Part shown: piece by piece, positions 57,115 through 64,000 of the stretch | How positions within the stretch are numbered: the first letter of the stretch is position 1 | How the letters are laid out: every line of letters starts with the position of its first letter | From: Octopus vulgaris | Lineage: Eukaryota | NCBI GenBank assembly: GCA_951406725.2 | Contig: OX597826.1 | Span: 4,464,001 to 4,528,000, forward strand | Reading direction: 5' to 3' | DNA: 64,000 nucleotides | Translations under genes and position numbers: made by a program | Notes under the pieces: model-generated | Told to the model about the DNA's origin: nothing | The model's input: only the letters and a program-made list of their open reading frames with translations | Database searches by the model: none

Positions 57115-57319
57115 TATTGCAAGAAACAGTTAGGTTTCTTTCTCTAGCATTTTACATAGTTCAACCTTAACAATTTAATGTGTAAAAAATTCAATAGTAA
57201 TTTTAGAAGACGTTTCTATAAAACTAGTTTTTAAATATCGAATGACTATGGGGACCCACCCGAATAAGATAGTAATCAAAGGGGTCCATGAATGAAAACA
57301 GAATGGTTGAGAACCCCTG
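57115..57319. mobile_element. hAT-type MITE right half
   Basis: Ends GGGGTCCATG...GGTTGAGAACCCCTG, the reverse complement of a CAGGGGTTCTCAACC-type TIR; no left TIR found. Confidence 0.5.
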
Positions 57320-57949
57320 TTTTATTGTAACAAATGTAGCTCGGGATATTGTCCACACATAGACACACACAAAAACGCAGCCTTGCACGCGTACATACCA
57401 CACATACACACACACACACACACACTATCCCCCACACTCACGCACACAGACATTCTTCACACACATATGTATGCAAGTAACGAGGTTCAGCAATTATGTG
57501 AGCAGTTACATATTTTGGCAGTCAAGTTGTACGTATGTAAGATGTGTTTTTAACTCACATTTTTTCCCCCCGTTGCAATGTTATGAAAGTTTATACTACA
57601 AATGATAAACATGATAAAAAACACAAGATACAAATTTTTAGGTGATATAACAATTAAGTTTTCCCTTATTCCATTAACACCAATAATAAGACGAAGAAAG
57701 AGCAAACGGCTAAGTGTAACAAATGTTAATCTAAACTTTCGTCAGGCACTTCGCCAACGTCATCGTTATCATCAACATGCTCAACTATAAACCAAAATCC
57801 GGGACAGCAATAAAATGCCACAAATTAAAATAAACAACAGTAAAAGACAGCAGCAAAAATAACATTGAATTATGTCACATGATTTTACTGATTTACACCT
57901 ACAGAGAAACACATTCACACATGCATACATACATAAATACACACACACG

Positions 57950-58007
<58 letters not shown>

Positions 58008-58066
58008 CACACAGATGCGCAGAGAGAGAGAGAGAGAGAGAGTCACTCACACACACATATACTTGT

Positions 58067-58107
<41 letters not shown>

Positions 58108-58114
58108 TACATAA

Positions 58115-58147
<33 letters not shown>

Positions 58148-58154
58148 TACATAA

Positions 58155-58225
<71 letters not shown>

Positions 58226-58889
58226 GTTTGAGAACGAAAGAATTGGTGATGTTTATATACATTTCTCGACTTGCAGGCAATGTGGTAGTTATGGAAGAAA
58301 ACATGGCGGCTCTCTTTCCTTCTCTCTAAACAGACATTATCAGAAATATAAACAGTGTTTGAGAAGCCGACGCGCAGACAGTCTACAGTTTCTCGGCCAT
58401 TATTATTATCATCATTATTTTTATGACTACTATTGTTATTATTATTATTATTATTATTATTAGTAGTAGTAGTAACGTTATCATCATCATCATGGTTGAT
58501 GCGTTAATTAGAAAGCTTCTAGACGTTCTTGGTTACAGATCTTACTAGCTTTGGCTACTACACTTAATGGAAAATAGTTTAAATACCAAGTTTAGTTAGT
58601 GGAAAAAAAATTTGCCAAACTTGACAGAATGAACTTCCTGTAATCTAAAACTGTTCTTTTCGTTGGAGAAATGATATAACACTACAGTGGATGACTCAAA
58701 CATTTACCAACTGAATCACCATCACACACTCTCACACGTCTACGAATACGAAGCGATATCGATATATAGTAACATTATGGAGGCTATTACGTATACATAC
58801 ACGTAGATACATAAATACATACATAAATACATACACGTAGATACATAAATAGAGAAACTCATTCACACAGAAATATAAAAATCATACAA

Positions 58890-59640
58890 AAAAAAAATGC
58901 CCAGGCCAAACTACTTCATTTATATTTCGGAAGTTTTTGGGAAGTGATAAAATTCCCCAAACCTAAATGAGGACATTTGTATTATACATAAGGGAGCAAT
59001 CGGAGCAGATGCAAACAATTACAGGCCCGATATCTCTGGCTTCACATGTCAACAGGGTCATGGAACGATTCATCGGGGAGAAACCGATTATGTTTATGGA
59101 GAAAAATATCTTGCTAAGTGATACTCAACATGGTTTCCGCCCAAATAGAAGCTGCCTCATACAGCTGCTCAACATTACGTTTGTATGCTAAAGCATCTAG
59201 TCAACTAGTCAAACTTAGGTGTGGTGTACCTGAGATTTGCAAAAGCTTTCTGTATCTTGATCACGACACAATATTTCCTTAACTTTAGAACCTTGGTGTA
59301 ATCAAAAAGCTCGGAGAATAGCTATTTAACTTCATAAAATATGAAAGTTAAGTTGTTACAGCCAGCGCTGTTTTGTCTGAAGGGACCCGATTTTTAGAAC
59401 GGGGTACAGCATGAGACTCTTGTACGGTTGCTGCTGTTTATATTAGTTCTAACAATTTTAGTCTCGTTCCTCAGTAAAATTACTCTCACAAGCTATGCTG
59501 GTGACCCTGAGATATCAAAAGCAGTAAAAGATGTTAAGTGCCTAGAGAAGGATCTGGATGTCATATACCGATTATCTGAAGTTAACAACTGAAATTAAAT
59601 ATAGGAAATATTTATGCGCTTTGCTGTCAGCTGACTAATG
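58890..59640 (+). pseudogene. Non-LTR retrotransposon (CR1/L2-like) RT fragment
   Basis: NYRP/ISLASHVNRVMER, LSDTQHGFRPNRSCLIQLL, VVYLRFAKAF (cf. YLDFAKAF), LLLFI and SYAGD (cf. YADD), with frameshifts and stops. Confidence 0.88.
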
Positions 59641-60688
59641 CAGTAAAGTCTGGTTTCACAAGGCTGAGAGAATTAACAATACCAGAATCGGAAATTTCGT
59701 GACTTGATAAACAAATGAGTAATGCCACATGTTTTATGAAAATAGCAAACATGTGGAGAAAATTAGCTGAATGTGTTGTAAGAATATACAGAAGTCGTGA
59801 TCTACCCTGCAAGAAATTTTCTTTTAGTTTTGTTGATTATTTCTTTTATAAAGTTGCTTCAAACTCATATCTGATGAAGAACAAGCCAGAGGACAAATTC
59901 AAAGAAGAAAAAGAAAAAAATGAAGATTGATTCAATACAAGAGAGGAACGATTTGACGTTCGAAACATTGAAATTGAATTCCTTGAAGAGAAGAAATGGA
60001 CGAGAATCAAAGCATCTATATCGGGAAAGTGCTGGACGGATGGGGTGATATTTCTGTCACATCTTTGGACCTCATATATGCTCTCTCATTAGTATGATCT
60101 GTATGTTTAGAATCCCCCTCTCGGCCTTGCAAAAGCGATCTAAAGCAATATTTTTGGCAGGAGTGTATGGTTACGGGCGTTTCCGCAATCATGTCCAGTC
60201 GAATACCAGGCGACCTAAAGGGCACTACTCCAGATTTATTACAAATTTTACTCCCTAACCTTTTACGCACTAAGCAGTATGTCCATTCACAGCTGACTAA
60301 ATTAAATTCTGAACAGGCACTCATGCCATGTATTATGGAAAGCGGGAAGGGTAAGAATCCATTTTTCGTTTTCACTACTGTAGATTAGTCAATGCGGTCG
60401 GGTGTCCCAGATGTTTCCTTCAATCGGTCTAGTGTTCAATTAAAAATGTGATGGCAACGATAAAAAATGGATAAAAATAGAACAGATATCTACAACTGCT
60501 GAGTTAATATTGAAGAGGGAATGTTTGGGGCTAACGAGAGCATTCACATATTTTGCTGAGGTCGAGGTCTCTTGTAAAGTATCATTTTGTAGATTTCCAC
60601 CATTTGTGGAATATATAAAGTCTTGATGTCTTCGTTACAACCATCAGCTCTACGCAACTTGTATACGTGTCTTTGCGTGTTTGTATAA

Positions 60689-60729
<41 letters not shown>

Positions 60730-60839
60730 AATATATATACATATATATACATACAAATATATAAATACATATGTATATATACATACAAATATATAAATAC
60801 ATATGTATATATACATACAAATATATAAATACATATACA

Positions 60840-60886
<47 letters not shown>

Positions 60887-60959
60887 AATATATATGTATA
60901 TATATATTTATATTTATATATATATATATATTTAAACTTGATACATATATATAAATTTG

Positions 60960-60996
<37 letters not shown>

Positions 60997-61011
60997 GATA
61001 TGTGTGTGTGT

Positions 61012-61070
<59 letters not shown>

Positions 61071-61604
61071 ATATATATATAAACTTGATAGTGTGTATGT
61101 GTGTGTTTTTTGTGCAAGTTTGTATCTTTGATGCGGTTGTGAATATGTGTATAGGATTGAAAGTCAGCGTGCGTGCGTGCGCGCGCGTCTACGCTGGCGC
61201 ATAGGAGCCAAGTAGCACGTCTCTTTTCACGCACGATGTCAAGCTAATAGGAAAATGATTCTACATGTGCCATTACTGTTGTTACATGATAACAATAAGG
61301 GAATTGTATTATCTTTGATATTGATATAAACACGCACACACTAGTTATCATTTACAGATACAATTACATGTACGTAAGTATATATACATATATATATATG
61401 TGTGTGTGTGTAAGCGTGTGTGTGTTAGATATAAAGATATAAAGTTATAAATAACAAGACGGGTTTTTTTTACTACTGGAGGCAATAAATAGTTGTGATG
61501 GAGTCAAATATTTTATGTTTATTACGCTGTCTGGAACTTCAAGTTTCTTTATTTGCAGCTAAAGCTGATGAAATCGCAAGAGGCGAAACCTGATGGCCCT
61601 ATTG

Positions 61605-61695
<91 letters not shown>

Positions 61696-61720
61696 GTCTC
61701 TCTGTCTGTCTCTCTGTCTG

Positions 61721-61773
<53 letters not shown>

Positions 61774-63292
61774 GTGTCTGTCTATCTATCTATCTATCTA
61801 TCTAACTATCTATCTATCTATATTTCTATCTATCTATGTAGCTATCAATGGATCTAGTCGATCTATCTATCTATCTAACATACATACATACATGCATACA
61901 TACATGCATGCATACGTACATGCATGCATACATACATTCATACATACATACATACATATTGTGGGCATCAGCAACACATTTCTTGCTGGCAAGAACAAAA
62001 TTTCTCAAATGGATGCAGAAACGAGAAGGATTGTTTTGGGTCCAAGCAGTAGAAACCAGTCAATTTTGTAGATGTGGATTCGAATCCCATGGGCAGTTGT
62101 CGACATTTTCTATCTAGAGAATTTTTAAACATAATATTTACGCCTTATTATTATAATTTTATTAGCTTCGAGATTCACTACTCCAAAATAGAATTCATAT
62201 ATACATGGTTTTAAAGTAGTGTCTCTTTCTACTGTTACTCTTCCAGATGGCAGAATTATTACAAGATGGCAGTATTACTTTCGATGAACATATACTTGTC
62301 TCTAAATCTATCTAGCAATGTTCCTCTGTGTTTATATTTCTAGTTTTCGATCTAACTTTTATCCATTATTGTGTAAATACATTATAAATGTTCAGAATAA
62401 AAGACAGCAAATATCACTGTGCAAAGAATTGTTATTATACACGAAGAAAGAATTATTTTATCATGATAATTATGTGTTCATACATTCCGCAATTGATACA
62501 CAAACATGTGTGATGATATGCGCTGGGTGCCTCTATATGCATACGTTATCTGTGTGTGTGTGTGTATGTTTGCGTGTTTGTGCGGGTGTGTGTGTTTGCG
62601 TGTGTGTGTTTGCGTGTGTGTGTGTGAGTTGTTTTATGTGTTTCTGTGTAAGTGTGCAGATATTCATAAACATAAATATTTATTTATACAAACAGGATGT
62701 GTTGCAAATGAGACAGTGTTTAAATATTTGTTATACGAAAGTGGCAGACGCACGGGAGACATATTACAATGGCAGATTAAAAGATTCATATATACACGTA
62801 CACAAATATGCACATATACTCTCATATATATTTACATCAACATCATCAGCCTTAGCATCATCATCACCATCATCATCATCATCATCATCATCACCATCAA
62901 CAGCAATAACACCATCATGATCGCCTTCGTTGTGGTTTTTACATCCGCCATTTTTATCGGATGCTGGCATGGGTTGACGGAGACTTACTGAAGCATCATT
63001 TTACAGCTGGATGCTCTGTCCTGTTGCCGACTATTATCTATAAATTACATTAAAAAAGAACCTACTAATATGCAAACATTCTCACATACATGTACATACA
63101 TCCGTACATTCACACGCACCAACAAGATACTTTTGCATTGTGCGTACATCTCTGATATAAATTATATATATCACCCATGCTAGATAATCACTAAATATGT
63201 AAACCTATTATAAAAGACAATGCATCCATGACCATTCCAACTTTACTTCAGACAGTGTACCGCAGAATGTTATCAAATGTGTCCTGTTCTTC

Positions 63293-63435
63293 TTATTAGT
63301 ATCTCCACCCTAGCGAATGCGATGGTTTTGTTTTCAGTCGTGTTTGTTTGTTTGTCTTTGGACACGATATCTCAAGAACTGCTCGATGGATTCGGATAAA
63401 ACCTTCAGGGATGTTTGGTCTCGTTACTGGCACGC
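63293..63435 (+). mobile_element. 5' part of a HINE/Helentron-like element abutting a SINE
   Basis: GGTTTTGTTTTCAGTCGTGTTTGTTTGTTTGTC...GATATCTCAAGAAC...GGATTCGGATAAAACCTT parallels the reverse complement of 17340-17440. Confidence 0.45.
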
Positions 63436-63633
63436 GCTGCAAGACGCAGGAGGAAAGAGCGAGAGAAAGTTGTGGCGAAAGAGTCAGAAGAATTTCGCCA
63501 TTACCTTCTGCCGGAGCCGCGTGGAGCTTAGGTGTTTCGGTCATAAGCGCGCACATCGCCCGGTCTGAGATTCGAACCCGCGACCCCACGGCCGCGAGTC
63601 CGCTGCTCTAACCACTAGACCATGTGTCTCCAC
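63436..63633 (-). mobile_element. SINE family C head/body
   Basis: GATTCGAACCCGCG...CCGCGAGTCCGCTGCTCTAACCACTAGACCATG; shares GAGAGAAAG.TGTGG with 15366-15384. Confidence 0.8.
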
Positions 63634-63809
63634 ATATATATGTGTGTGTGTGTATGTGTGTGTATCACATGTACACGAATATATGCCTATATGTGTGTGA
63701 GTGTGTATGTTTCGAGATATTCTGTATTCTTTGCTGTTATATTTATTTCTACATTCTTACTATCCAGTTTCTTCAAACCACTATTTAACTATACTCTCTA
63801 TCGAGAAGG

Positions 63810-63965
63810 TAGTTCTTACTAATTTCGACCCTAGACCAGCCATTTTCGTGAAAGCAAATTACGAGATCATGTCGAGTTCAGTATTTCATTTTATCAAACC
63901 CGTAATGTTGAAATACGGTTAAGCATTTTGTCAGATACTCTGCTAGTTCTGCCAGCCCGCCTCCT
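63810..63965 (-). mobile_element. Degenerate SINE family B
   Basis: TAAGCATTTTGTC...TTCTGCCAGCCCGCC is the reverse complement of the family B head. Confidence 0.55.
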
Positions 63966-64000
63966 TCGTCGGCCAACTACTGAGTATTTTGATTATAAAT

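Noticed and set aside
60016-60560. Overlapping non-repetitive ORFs (119 aa minus, 73 aa plus)
   Set aside because: No recognisable domain or clear splice sites; possibly old TE debris.
62221-62315. Pyrimidine tract + CAG followed by ATG (MAELLQDGSITFDEHILVSKSI*)
   Set aside because: Short, ends in a stop, has no good donor and only a short AG-free zone.

Overview
AT-rich, microsatellite-dense eukaryotic non-coding DNA. The repeat content (tRNA-derived SINEs, TA/CA/ATCT/ATT arrays) resembles an octopus (coleoid cephalopod) genome; this is an inference, not a database result. No intact protein-coding gene is visible, and almost all listed ORFs are microsatellite translations. Recognisable decayed transposons are a mariner, a Tigger/pogo, two Penelope-like elements and a CR1/L2-like RT. 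There are also three SINE families, hAT and mariner MITEs, a Helentron-type element and a TAA-flanked repeat. The best non-repeat signal is a strong recursive splice site candidate at 4680/4681: about 130 nt free of AG, branch point TACTAAT, a pyrimidine tract, CAG|GTAAGT, and a 46-nt cryptic RS-exon. It suggests the window lies in a very long plus-strand intron. Other highlights: two neighbouring plus-strand hairpins (one made by template switching inside a SINE), a SINE with a ~130-bp target duplication, minimal hammerhead motifs, and clustered RFX and CNC-Maf motifs.
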